DNA of 64,000 nt from Chitinophagales bacterium (lineage in GTDB: Bacteria; Bacteroidota; Bacteroidia; Chitinophagales; JADIYW01), in the NCBI GenBank assembly GCA_020636545.1, contig JACJXS010000008.1:72359-136358 (forward strand). The letters run 5' to 3'. This document shows positions 10,083-19,434 of this stretch, in pieces. The translations under genes were made by a program, and so were the position numbers. The notes below the pieces were generated by a model, which saw nothing but the letters and a program-made list of their open reading frames with translations, had not been told where the DNA came from and did no database searches. The stretch's first letter is position 1; every line of letters starts with the position of its first letter.

Positions 10083-11492
10083 TTGATAAACACAATAAAA
10101 TATTATACATTTTTTTTTGCCATAGTATTCATTTTATTTGCTTTCTATAATATTCCTCAAATTATTAATTTTCCAGCTCAAGGTGCTCATCTTTGGCGAC
10201 AAGCAGATGGCTTAGCTATGGTTTGGAATTATAAATTATTTAATTTGCCATTTTTACAAACGGAGACTTTCAATCTACTATCTACTGAAGGAAAAGGCAT
10301 TGCTGAATTTCCAATATTTTATTTTTTCGCGGCTCAATTTGTCAATCCAGAAAAAGCATTAAGAATATTGCATTTTGTAGTTTTAGTGTTAGGCTTTTTC
10401 GCAGTCTATCGTTTAGCATATTTTTACTTGAGAAATAATTTTTACACGGTTGCGGTTCTTTTGTTGTTTGCAAGCTCGCCATTAATTATTTTTTATGGTA
10501 TAAATTTTATTATAGATGTTCCAGCACTCTGTTTTTCTTTATTTGCTTGGTCTGTTTGGCTAGTAGATAATAATAAAAAATACAGTACACTTTTGAGTTT
10601 GAGCTTATTTAGTTTTGCAGCTTTATTGAAAGCAGTTCATGTGCTTAATTTTATTGTATTGTTTTACCTTTTATATAAAGAGAAACAAATCAATTTTAAA
10701 AATATTGTCCTTTTTTCTATTGCTATATGTATTCCAACAATTTGGTATTTTTATGCAAAATGGTATAATCATAACTATCACAATGATTATCTGTTTTTAA
10801 GTATTCAGCCGATTTTTATGATGTCTTTTTATGATATAGGATTAGCAATTTGGAGGATTATTGTTTCTTGGTCTGCAACTTATTTTTGGCGACCTACAAG
10901 TGTTATATTAATTGTTGTTTTGAGCTATTATTTATTAAAAAAAGAGAAAAATGAATTATCTATAATGATAGTTTATACATTCGTATTAGATGTTATTTTT
11001 GCACTTTTATTTTTAGAAAAGCTAATTGAACATGAGTACTATTATCCAATTTTTTATATAAATATTGTATTTGTATTGATTGGGTTTTTATATTTTTTGC
11101 AGAAACAGCATAAACAAAATTATATCAATATTGCATTATTGATTTTTATTGGTATTAATCTCTTTTATTGTAAAAATAATACTGCAGAAAAACAAACAGT
11201 ACAACGTATTGATTCCAAATTAATAAGTGTAGATTTTCAAAATTTCCTAAATAAAAATCAATGTACTCAGAAGAAAACTGTTTTCTGTTATGATGACTTT
11301 AGTGTCAATCAATCTTTGTATGCCATAAAACGAAAAGGAATTACACAATACAATCAAAATTGGAAAGAATTTATTCTTAAAAATAAAATTGATTTTGTTT
11401 TAGTGAGCGAACAATCCTTAGATAAAATCATAAAATCAGTATATCCTAAAAATATTTATACTTATAAAAACTACAAATTAATCGCTTTATAG
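10083..11492 (+). CDS. Polytopic membrane protein, possibly a GT-C-type (ArnT/PMT-like) glycosyltransferase
   Basis: About 11-12 predicted TM helices followed by a soluble tail of about 100 aa. TTG start. The family assignment rests on architecture only. Confidence 0.5.
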   Translation: MINTIKYYTFFFAIVFILFAFYNIPQIINFPAQGAHLWRQADGLAMVWNYKLFNLPFLQTETFNLLSTEGKGIAEFPIFYFFAAQFVNPEKALRILHFVVLVLGFFAVYRLAYFYLRNNFYTVAVLLLFASSPLIIFYGINFIIDVPALCFSLFAWSVWLVDNNKKYSTLLSLSLFSFAALLKAVHVLNFIVLFYLLYKEKQINFKNIVLFSIAICIPTIWYFYAKWYNHNYHNDYLFLSIQPIFMMSFYDIGLAIWRIIVSWSATYFWRPTSVILIVVLSYYLLKKEKNELSIMIVYTFVLDVIFALLFLEKLIEHEYYYPIFYINIVFVLIGFLYFLQKQHKQNYINIALLIFIGINLFYCKNNTAEKQTVQRIDSKLISVDFQNFLNKNQCTQKKTVFCYDDFSVNQSLYAIKRKGITQYNQNWKEFILKNKIDFVLVSEQSLDKIIKSVYPKNIYTYKNYKLIAL

Positions 11493-12062
11493 ATTTTCAT
11501 TAAAAGGCTTAGTCAATTCATTTAATCGTGTAGCTTTTTCTGCTAAATTTCCCTTCAATTTTTCACGATAGACATTCATATTAACAATCAATTCATCGAT
11601 ATGCTCAGGTAATGTAGCCTCAAAAAATTCTCGTAATCTTTTTGCCATAGTTGGAGATTTTCCATTGGTAGAAATTCCAATTTTCAAATCACCTTTACTT
11701 ACAATAGAACCTAAATAAAAGTCGCATAGTTCAGGTGTGTCCGCAACGTTGATTAGAATATTATTACTTTTCGCAGCCTTATATATTTCTAGGTTTGTGG
11801 CTTTGTTATTTGTCGCAGCAATGACTATTTGAAAGCCCAAAACATCATCAGGTTCAAATGCTTTTTCTATCAAATGAATTTTTTTGTTATTTTGATATTG
11901 AGTTTTTATCGTTTCTGAAATTTTATCTGCAACTATTGTAATAACTGCATCTGGAGAGCTTTTTAAAATAAAATTTAATTTCTCCATACAAACTTTTCCG
12001 CCTCCTACTATCAATAAATTTAAGGATTCCAGTTTCAAAAATATAGGATAGAGCGTATTCAA
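11487..12062 (-). CDS. Precorrin-2 dehydrogenase / sirohydrochlorin ferrochelatase (siroheme synthase N-domain type)
   Basis: Rossmann motif LLIVGGGKV. The central ...NVADTPELCDFYLGSIV... and STNGKSPTMAKRLR motifs are typical of CysG-N/SirC. Adjacent to the methyltransferase gene. Confidence 0.8.
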   Translation of the reverse strand: MNTLYPIFLKLESLNLLIVGGGKVCMEKLNFILKSSPDAVITIVADKISETIKTQYQNNKKIHLIEKAFEPDDVLGFQIVIAATNNKATNLEIYKAAKSNNILINVADTPELCDFYLGSIVSKGDLKIGISTNGKSPTMAKRLREFFEATLPEHIDELIVNMNVYREKLKGNLAEKATRLNELTKPFNENL

Positions 12063-12066
12063 AAAA

Positions 12067-12786
12067 TTAAGAATTTGAATTTTGAATAATAATCACAGCA
12101 GGCGATTTAATTTCATTTTCAGCGACTAATTGCTGTATGTTCTCCAAAGTTCCGATAACTTTCTGCTCATCAGGTAAGCTGCCATTTTGGATAACGGTAA
12201 CTTTTGTATTGACTTTTCTATGTTGCTTAAAAGTATGGATAATGTTTTCAAGCTGATTCATCCCCATTAGAATAACAACAGTAGCCGTTGATTGTGCCGC
12301 AAACTCAATATCTTTAGACATTTCACATTTTTCAGTTGTGCCTGTAACTAGCCAAACACTTTCATTTACGCCTCTTTGTGTTAATGGAATTTGATGCAAA
12401 GAAGGCAAACCAACTGCCGATGAAATCCCAGGAATAACTTCGATATCGACATCATCTCGATTAGCTAAAACAAAATTAATTTCATCTTGAGCTCGACCAA
12501 AAATAAATGGATCACCGCCTTTCAGACGTACAACACAATGATAAGCTTCTAAGTTTTCTAAAATCATTTGATTAATCTCATCTTGTGAAGCATAATGCTC
12601 ACCCATTCGCTTCCCAACAAAAATTTTCTTTTCAGAGTAAGGAGCGTATTCTAATAAGCTTTCATCAATCAATGCATCATACAATACGACATCTGCTTGT
12701 TCCAAAGCTTTAGTGCCTTTTATTGTAATTAAATCAGGGTCTCCTGGACCAGCTCCAACTAAAATAAATTTTTTACGTTCTTTCAT
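12067..12786 (-). CDS. cobA: Uroporphyrinogen-III C-methyltransferase
   Basis: VGAGPGDPDLITIKG, VVLYDAL, RLKGGDPFIFGR and VIPGISS motifs of the tetrapyrrole methylase family. Confidence 0.9.
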   Translation of the reverse strand: MKERKKFILVGAGPGDPDLITIKGTKALEQADVVLYDALIDESLLEYAPYSEKKIFVGKRMGEHYASQDEINQMILENLEAYHCVVRLKGGDPFIFGRAQDEINFVLANRDDVDIEVIPGISSAVGLPSLHQIPLTQRGVNESVWLVTGTTEKCEMSKDIEFAAQSTATVVILMGMNQLENIIHTFKQHRKVNTKVTVIQNGSLPDEQKVIGTLENIQQLVAENEIKSPAVIIIQNSNS

Positions 12787-12845
12787 TTCGATGTAAATTT
12801 ATGTAATTCTACAGACAAATGCCAAGCATAAACAATGCACATTGT

Positions 12846-13733
12846 TTAATCTATTGATATATAAGGTAAAATCTTATCATAATATTCTGGGTGGTCTTTG
12901 ATATAGTATAATTTTTGCAAATCTTCAATGGAATTGAATGGTTTTACTTTTGTTCTATACCCAATAATTTGTTTAGCAACTGTGCTAAATAAATATGGAT
13001 TGGAAGTTAATTCCTCATAAGTTGCAGTATTGACATTAATTTTTCTTGTAAATTGTACTGGTGTTATTTTTATTTGTTCTTTTATTTTTTGATAAACCGT
13101 ATCGTGAATACCATATACATCTTTAAGTTGCTCTTTTGAATAAAAACCACCTAATTTTTCTCTAAATTGAATTATTCTTTGAGCAAATACTTTGCCAATT
13201 CCATTAAGGCTTTCAAAATCATCTTGACTTGCACTATTGATTTCTATTATTCTTTTTGTAATAATAATCTGTTTCTTTGAAACTGGTTTGACATAAATAT
13301 TTGACTTGAATTTCTGATATACTGTATCGTGAATACCGTAAACTTCTTTTAGCTGCTCTAAAGTACTAAATCCACCGATTTTATCTCTATATTTTACAAT
13401 TCGCTCTGCAAATACCTTCCCAATGCCTTTTAATCGTTGGAAATCCTCTGCTGTTGAACTATTGATTTCTATTTTAGTATATTCATCGCTTATTTTATTG
13501 GATGTAAAACTCGAAAAGCTAGTTTTTTGCGTGTTATAGCTATTGTTATCGATTTTTGCATTTTCTATTTGAGCTATTAATGTAAAATATTTAGTGCTAT
13601 CAATTTTATTATTATTATCTGGTGATATTTTATTTATAATTGGATTCTTTAATATTATCAGCATGAAAATAATAGCTAATAATGCAACTAATGCATTTCT
13701 TTCTGAACGAGTATATGCCCATTTCTGACTCAA
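12846..13733 (-). CDS. ComEA-like protein with three helix-hairpin-helix modules
   Basis: N-terminal TM helix plus three HhH units (LKGIGKVFAERI, LNGIGKVFAQRI and a degenerate third). The track ORF runs to 13793, but that extension contains the upstream gene's terminator, so TTG 13733 is the more likely start. Confidence 0.65.
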   Translation of the reverse strand: MSQKWAYTRSERNALVALLAIIFMLIILKNPIINKISPDNNNKIDSTKYFTLIAQIENAKIDNNSYNTQKTSFSSFTSNKISDEYTKIEINSSTAEDFQRLKGIGKVFAERIVKYRDKIGGFSTLEQLKEVYGIHDTVYQKFKSNIYVKPVSKKQIIITKRIIEINSASQDDFESLNGIGKVFAQRIIQFREKLGGFYSKEQLKDVYGIHDTVYQKIKEQIKITPVQFTRKINVNTATYEELTSNPYLFSTVAKQIIGYRTKVKPFNSIEDLQKLYYIKDHPEYYDKILPYISID

Positions 13734-13760
13734 AGTTTTTAATTCTTTATATAAATATAT

Positions 13761-13790
13761 AAAAAAAGTCCTGCATTTATGCAGGACTTT
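13761..13790 (-). terminator. Rho-independent terminator of the OmpA-family gene
   Basis: On the minus strand, AAAGTCCTGCAT-aa-ATGCAGGACTTT is followed by TTTTTTT. It lies 22 nt downstream of the stop at 13812. Confidence 0.75.
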
Positions 13791-13811
13791 CAAATATTTA
13801 ATTTTGATTAG

Positions 13812-15242
13812 TTATTTTATTTTAATCTCAATTCTTCTGTTTGCTTGGTAATCAGCTTCTGTTTTTTCTGGAGAAACCTCAGGTTTTGTAGAACCATAGC
13901 CTTTAGCTGTTAATCTTGATTTATCAACGCCTTTAGAAATTAGATATTTAACAACAGCATCAGCTCTTGATTGAGACAATTTGTTATTTAGAGCCGCAGA
14001 ACCTTTAGAGTCTGTGTGTCCACCAATTTCAAATTTAGCATTTGGTAATTGCTCAATCATGATTTTAGCTGCATTATCTAATATAGAATAAGACTCAGGT
14101 CTAATTGTAGCTTTTCCTAAGTCAAATTGGATATCTTTAAAGCCAGTATTAGCTTCTTGAATTACTTTTGCTTCAGGGCAACCTTTTGTTGATGCTGGAC
14201 CAGCTTCATTTGGACATTTATCATCTTTGTCAGCAATACCATCACCATCTTTGTCTGGACAACCAGCAGTTGATAATGGACCAGCTTCATTTGGACACTT
14301 ATCAAATGAATCGATTATACCATCTCCATCACTATCAGGATTTGGACAACCACCAAATTCTGCCACACCTTTTACTGTAGGACAAGCATCTTTTGAATCA
14401 GGAATACCATCACCATCTGTATCAGGACAACCATTATGCTCAATTACACCAGCAACTTCAGGGCATTCATCATCTTTATCAGGAATACCATCTCCATCTG
14501 TATCAGGACAGCCATTGAATTGTGCTATTCCAGCAACTTCTGGACACGCATCATCAATATCAGCAATACCATCACCATCTGTATCCACTAACTTAACTGG
14601 TTCTTCTTTTTTAACTGGCTCTTCGACAGTTTTGCCTTTACCTAAGTCAACCATTAAACCAGCACCAAAGAAAATATGATCTTCATTGTTTTTTACTGCA
14701 AAATTATATCCACCATAAGTATTTAAAGCGACATTATTAGCAATTTTAAAGTTAATACCAGCACCAATTGGAATACCTAAGCCATTCACACTTTCTTTAG
14801 TTATAGCTTTTTCTGCCCAAGCACCTTGTATTTTAGCAAAGATATAAGGTGCAACACCTGCATCTTCTTTTATTACATAACCATTGTTAAATTTGTAAAC
14901 AGCAGATCCAGCATACAATAAGTTATAGGTATTTACTGCAGGCAAAGTTGGATCCGTGTTTTTGCTAGAAAATGCATAAGATGCAACATCAATACCTAAT
15001 GCTATTGAAGCATTGAAGTTTCTCCAAAAACCAATTCTTGGACCAAATGCAATAGGCGTTTTAAAGGTTTTAAGTTTGCCCATTTTAGGAGAATAGAAGT
15101 CTGCAACTTCCATACCAACACCTAAAGACCATTTGCTGTTTCCAACTGCACTAGTGGCTTTTTTTGGAGCTTTCATTTCGGCAAAGATTGATGTTGTTAT
15201 CATCATACAGATTGCCATTAGTAATAAAATTCGTTTTCTCAT
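13812..15242 (-). CDS. OmpA-family outer membrane protein with thrombospondin type-3 calcium-binding repeats
   Basis: Signal peptide and an N-terminal beta-barrel-like region. Six or more DTDGDGIPD/DSDGDGIID repeats. C-terminal OmpA domain (GHTDSKGSAALNNKLSQSRADAV). Confidence 0.9.
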   Translation of the reverse strand: MRKRILLLMAICMMITTSIFAEMKAPKKATSAVGNSKWSLGVGMEVADFYSPKMGKLKTFKTPIAFGPRIGFWRNFNASIALGIDVASYAFSSKNTDPTLPAVNTYNLLYAGSAVYKFNNGYVIKEDAGVAPYIFAKIQGAWAEKAITKESVNGLGIPIGAGINFKIANNVALNTYGGYNFAVKNNEDHIFFGAGLMVDLGKGKTVEEPVKKEEPVKLVDTDGDGIADIDDACPEVAGIAQFNGCPDTDGDGIPDKDDECPEVAGVIEHNGCPDTDGDGIPDSKDACPTVKGVAEFGGCPNPDSDGDGIIDSFDKCPNEAGPLSTAGCPDKDGDGIADKDDKCPNEAGPASTKGCPEAKVIQEANTGFKDIQFDLGKATIRPESYSILDNAAKIMIEQLPNAKFEIGGHTDSKGSAALNNKLSQSRADAVVKYLISKGVDKSRLTAKGYGSTKPEVSPEKTEADYQANRRIEIKIK

Positions 15243-15399
15243 AAGATACTTTATTTGTTATAAATTTAAGTAAATAGTTTGTTTGAACCAAAGGTAAATA
15301 ATTTTTTTAATAATCATCAAAAAAAGTTAAAATATTTAAAACTCCAATATTTTAAAAATATTAGAAGAATATCAAGCTAAATATTTAATTTCGGTTTCT

Positions 15400-15984
15400 A
15401 TGATTATTGATTTTAAAAATATAGTTACCATTAGTTTAGTTTTATTTGCTATTATTGATATTCTTGGGTCTATTCCAATTATTTTAGATATTAGAAATAA
15501 GGTAGGACATATTGATGAAAAATTTGCGACTATTATTTCTGGTTCTATTATGATTATTTTCCTTTTTGGAGGTGAGTTTATTTTAAGACTAATTGGTATT
15601 GATTTGATATCCTTTTCTTTGGCAGGAGCTATAGTTATATTTATTATTGGGTTAGAGATGACCTTGAATCGAAATTTTTTCAAAGAGGGGAAAACTTCTA
15701 CACCTAAAGGAACTATTGTAATGCCAATAGCTTTCCCAATGATTGCTGGTGCTGGAACTTTAACAACCTTACTGTCTTTACGTTCTCAATACAATATGTT
15801 AGAAATTCTAATTGGAGTACTGATTAATTTAGCCATTATTTATTTTGTTATAAAATTTCTTCCGAATATTGAACGATTTTTTGGTACGACAGGAATTGAT
15901 ATTCTTAGAAAAGTATTTGGATTTGTTTTACTCTCCATTTCAATGAAGATTTTTATTTCAAATCTTGCGGCAATTAAGTTTTAA
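15400..15984 (+). CDS. MarC family (UPF0056) integral membrane protein
   Basis: Six-TM protein of about 194 aa. The IDILGSIPI and AFPMIAGAGT motifs are typical of MarC. Confidence 0.75.
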   Translation: MIIDFKNIVTISLVLFAIIDILGSIPIILDIRNKVGHIDEKFATIISGSIMIIFLFGGEFILRLIGIDLISFSLAGAIVIFIIGLEMTLNRNFFKEGKTSTPKGTIVMPIAFPMIAGAGTLTTLLSLRSQYNMLEILIGVLINLAIIYFVIKFLPNIERFFGTTGIDILRKVFGFVLLSISMKIFISNLAAIKF

Positions 15985-15998
15985 AAGTATAATTTAAG

Positions 15999-16949
15999 CT
16001 ATATATTACACAATAACTCTAGCTTTTGGCCTTTGAGTTCTTGTTTTGTTTGTTCAAGGTTCTTGGTAAATCCTAGAATATAACCACCACCACCAGCACC
16101 GCACAATTTTAAGTAATAGGCTTCAGTATCAATACCTTTCTTCCATAATTTATTGAAAAATTTTGGAATCATAGGCTTAAAATGTTCCAATTGGAATTTA
16201 GAAAGCAATTTTAAATAAGCAAATAAGGTTTCTTTATCACCATCTAAAAATGCTTGGATACAATTGTTTGCAAATGGCTTTAATTGTTTATCGACAAACT
16301 CTCTATAAGTGTGTTCTTCCATCCTTTGCATATAATAATTTACCAAAGGTTCTGTTGAACGAGAAATGCCTGTATCAATTAAGAATATTGCTCCTTTTCC
16401 TTCTTGGTCAAGCTCTACTTTGACTGGTTCGATGCCATTTTTTCCATTAATTAGTAAAGGTAAATTGAGATAGCAAATCAGCGGGTCTACTCCAGAACTA
16501 TTCCCATGGAAATAAGATTCTAATATTGCAAAAGTATGTTTAAGTGCTAGTATTTCTTCTTGTTTTGGTGTTTGTTCTAAACTTAGTTTGTCTTTAGCAT
16601 ATTTTGTGTAAATTGCAGCGACTAAAGCACCTGAACTTCCAACTCCAAAGCCTTGAGGAATAGAAGAATTAAAATATAAGCCTTTCTCTATATCTGATTT
16701 TAAAGCATGAATATCAAAAGAAATGGGTAGTGTCTTAGATTCTACTTTTTCTTCAATATATAGTGCAAAACTTTTTAAATCTTGATTAGAAGTTTGAATA
16801 AATTTACTCTGTACATCAGAAGTATCGAACGCTAAAGTTCCACTAAATTCTTGATAGGGCAAAGTCAAACTCATAGAGTTTTGGATAGCACTATATTCAC
16901 CAAATAAAAGGATTTTAGAATTGAACTTATTCTCAGTTGTTTTTGCCAT
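15999..16949 (-). CDS. GHMP-family kinase of the mevalonate pathway (mevalonate or phosphomevalonate kinase)
   Basis: ILLFGEYSA N-terminus. GHMP motif PQGFGVGSSGALVAA. Located immediately downstream of mvaD. Confidence 0.7.
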   Translation of the reverse strand: MAKTTENKFNSKILLFGEYSAIQNSMSLTLPYQEFSGTLAFDTSDVQSKFIQTSNQDLKSFALYIEEKVESKTLPISFDIHALKSDIEKGLYFNSSIPQGFGVGSSGALVAAIYTKYAKDKLSLEQTPKQEEILALKHTFAILESYFHGNSSGVDPLICYLNLPLLINGKNGIEPVKVELDQEGKGAIFLIDTGISRSTEPLVNYYMQRMEEHTYREFVDKQLKPFANNCIQAFLDGDKETLFAYLKLLSKFQLEHFKPMIPKFFNKLWKKGIDTEAYYLKLCGAGGGGYILGFTKNLEQTKQELKGQKLELLCNI

Positions 16950-16954
16950 GAGGC

Positions 16955-18016
16955 TTATTTTAGTTTCACAGGTCCTGTTCCTACTTCATCATAAATAACC
17001 TTTCCGTTTTCACAAAACGCTGAAAGTGTTTCTCTAATAAAAAGCTCCACTTTCTCTTCTTCACTTTTAGGATATAATAGATGAACATTAGGTCCAGCAT
17101 CCAATGTGAAGTACAAAGGTACATCTTTTTCTTGTCTAAATTGTTTTATTAAATCAATAATTTTTAACGAGTTAGCATGCATAAGTATAAATGATGGATT
17201 TGAACACATCATCAAAGCATGAAGAGAAAGTGCTTCTTGTTCTGCAATTGCTCCAAATTCATTAATATCTCCAGTTTTCAAGATAGGCAAAAGTGCTTCC
17301 ATATTTTGTTTGGCTTGTTGGTATCTAGCTTCAGCAAATAAATTATTATTCATTAATGCATGTCCAGCTCTACTCGAAACCGATTTTTCATCTGAGGAAA
17401 CAATTAAAATAGCATCTTTATAGGTTTTGAATACAGGATGTATGTGAGCCGAAAAATCTATTGCATATTCATTACTTGATGATGGAATTGAGGCAGAGTA
17501 ACCCCATGTTGCCATATATGAATACACTGAACGGCAGGCACTTCCTGAACCTAATCGTGCGATAATACTGGCTTTTCTATAAAATTCTTCATCAGTAAAA
17601 TTGTCTGAAGCTTGCCTTTCTATATCAATTAAACATAAGGCAAGTGCTGACATTGAAGACGCAGAACTTGCAATACCAGCAGAGTGAGGAAATGAATTTG
17701 AACTTTGAATACTTAAATCAAATTCATTTAAAAATGGCAGTATTGATTTTATACTATCTATAAATTTTACAATTTTATCTCTAAATTTTGGATTTTCTTT
17801 CCCTTCAAATAAAAAATCTATGTTTGGTTCAGCATTTTCAATTGCTTTTGGTTGAAATGCAACAGAAGTTTCAGAATAAGCTTTGGATAGTGTAAAACTG
17901 ATATTTGGATTTTGTGGGAGTTGATTGCCATATTTTCCCCAATATTTAACGATAGCAATATTAGATGGGCTTCTCCAAGCAACGTCTCCTTTGATAGGTT
18001 TAAATGAATGAATCAT
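16955..18016 (-). CDS. mvaD: Diphosphomevalonate decarboxylase
   Basis: APSNIAIVKYWGK-type N-terminal motif (RSPSNIAIVKYWGK), SNSFPHSAGIASSAS and FTLDAGPN. Confidence 0.9.
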   Translation of the reverse strand: MIHSFKPIKGDVAWRSPSNIAIVKYWGKYGNQLPQNPNISFTLSKAYSETSVAFQPKAIENAEPNIDFLFEGKENPKFRDKIVKFIDSIKSILPFLNEFDLSIQSSNSFPHSAGIASSASSMSALALCLIDIERQASDNFTDEEFYRKASIIARLGSGSACRSVYSYMATWGYSASIPSSSNEYAIDFSAHIHPVFKTYKDAILIVSSDEKSVSSRAGHALMNNNLFAEARYQQAKQNMEALLPILKTGDINEFGAIAEQEALSLHALMMCSNPSFILMHANSLKIIDLIKQFRQEKDVPLYFTLDAGPNVHLLYPKSEEEKVELFIRETLSAFCENGKVIYDEVGTGPVKLK

Positions 18017-18078
18017 TATTAAATCTGTTATTTTTTTGCAAAAATACCTTTTTTTTGCTGAACTAAAGTAAGATACCT

Positions 18079-18086
18079 TATTTTTG
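18079..18086 (+). promoter_or_regulatory. Bacteroidota-type -7 promoter box (TAnnTTTG)
   Basis: TATTTTTG lies 11-32 nt upstream of the candidate start codons of the serine hydrolase gene. Confidence 0.4.
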
Positions 18087-18096
18087 TGCCTTTGGA

Positions 18097-19323
18097 ATGA
18101 TTTGTGTAGTTAATAATATGAAAAAGTTTATGAAGAAGATACTTGTATTGATACCTACTATTTTTTTATGTTTTGTAGTTTCTTTCTGTCAAGATGCAAA
18201 TAAGAAGAATTCATTTTTAGAAACAGAACCTAAGCTAAATCCTTCATTTTTATTAAATCCTAAGAAGTCGGATGTTGATATCAATGATACTGCAATTCAA
18301 ACAAAGATTCATTTGTTGGATTGCTATTTTGCAAAAAGGGTAGCAGAAAATGGATTTAATGGTTCGGTTTTAATAAGCTATAAAGGAACACCAATTTTAG
18401 AGGGTTATTATGGATATTCCGATTATTATAAGAAAACAAAATTGAATAAAGATGCACCATTTCAGATTGCATCTACTTCTAAAACACTAACATCTGCGGC
18501 TATCTTGATTTTACAACAAGAAGGCTACTTAAATATTGATGATACTTTACAAAAGTACTTCCCAAATTTTCCATATAAAGGGATTACAATCAAAATGTTG
18601 CTCAATCATCGTTCTGGTTTACCTAGTTATTTAGATTTCTCAGAAACTTATTGGTTGAATAAGAAAATGTATATGAGCAATGCAGATGTTTTAAATCAAC
18701 TTGTTAAATTTAAACCTAAAATTTATGCTTCTCCAGATAGACAATTCAAATACAATAATACGAACTATGTACTTTTGGCTTTGATAATTGAGAAAGTAAG
18801 TGGGTATAGTTATTCCGATTTTCTGCAAAGATTTATTTTCAAGCCTTTAGGAATGAAAAATACTTATGTTTTTGACCCAAAAAACAGACGTTCAAATGAA
18901 GTGAGAGGGTATAAAGGCAGTAGTTGGTCAGAAGATGCGATTGTTTTTACCGATGGTGTTGTGGGCGATAAGGGAATTTATTCAACTGTTTTAGATTTAT
19001 ACAAATGGGACCAGGCTTTGTATGCAGGCAAATTAATCAGCCCTGAATTACAAAGTTTAGCTTTTACACCTCAAAGTTTTGAACAAGCAGGTAGTAAAAA
19101 TTACGGCTTAGGTTGGAGAATGAAAGATCAGTCCGATGGGACAAGGATTATTTACCATAATGGTTGGTGGCATAGTTTTAATACCGTCTTTAATCGAAAA
19201 ATTAGTGATGGAACCTCAGTTATTATTCTGAGCAATCATTACAGTAGTAGCGTGTATAAAATCCAAGAAATATGGGATATTTTATATGGCAATTCGAGTG
19301 TGGATATGAATGCAAGTGAGTAA
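18097..19323 (+). CDS. Serine hydrolase, class C beta-lactamase / PBP family
   Basis: SxxK motif in FQIASTSKTLTSAA and YNNTNY (the YxN motif). Signal peptide if translation starts at ATG 18118 (MKKFMKKILVL...). Confidence 0.8.
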   Translation: MICVVNNMKKFMKKILVLIPTIFLCFVVSFCQDANKKNSFLETEPKLNPSFLLNPKKSDVDINDTAIQTKIHLLDCYFAKRVAENGFNGSVLISYKGTPILEGYYGYSDYYKKTKLNKDAPFQIASTSKTLTSAAILILQQEGYLNIDDTLQKYFPNFPYKGITIKMLLNHRSGLPSYLDFSETYWLNKKMYMSNADVLNQLVKFKPKIYASPDRQFKYNNTNYVLLALIIEKVSGYSYSDFLQRFIFKPLGMKNTYVFDPKNRRSNEVRGYKGSSWSEDAIVFTDGVVGDKGIYSTVLDLYKWDQALYAGKLISPELQSLAFTPQSFEQAGSKNYGLGWRMKDQSDGTRIIYHNGWWHSFNTVFNRKISDGTSVIILSNHYSSSVYKIQEIWDILYGNSSVDMNASE

Positions 19324-19331
19324 AAATAATA

Positions 19332-19365
19332 ATCCCGGATATAATACGAATACTATAACCGGGAT
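19332..19365. terminator. Hairpin between convergent genes; the T-tract is better on the minus strand
   Basis: ATCCCGG...CCGGGAT 7-bp stem plus an inner 4-bp TATA/TATA stem. On the minus strand it is followed by TATTATTTTT. Confidence 0.55.
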
Positions 19366-19434
19366 CATTTCTTTAAACCAATCAAAATGAAAAAATTATT
19401 CTATTCAATAGCAATAATCTTATGCAAAATAAGT

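Noticed and set aside
14168-14679. Plus-strand ORFs 14168..14380 (70 aa) and 14227..14679 (150 aa), rich in Ser, Pro and Gly
   Set aside because: They lie antisense to the thrombospondin type-3 repeat region of the OmpA-family gene. The open frames are a by-product of reading the GAT/GGT-rich repeat on the opposite strand. The minus-strand gene has clear domain motifs.
15372-15683. 103-aa minus-strand ORF
   Set aside because: It is antisense to the MarC-family gene. Its Ile- and Lys-rich translation is typical of AT-rich antisense frames.
19288-19368. Minus-strand hydrophobic mini-ORF (about 27 codons, MIPVIVFVLYPGLLFLL...) downstream of the sigma-54 motif
   Set aside because: Its coding sequence is the terminator hairpin itself, and it runs antisense into the serine hydrolase gene. 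A non-coding explanation is more economical.
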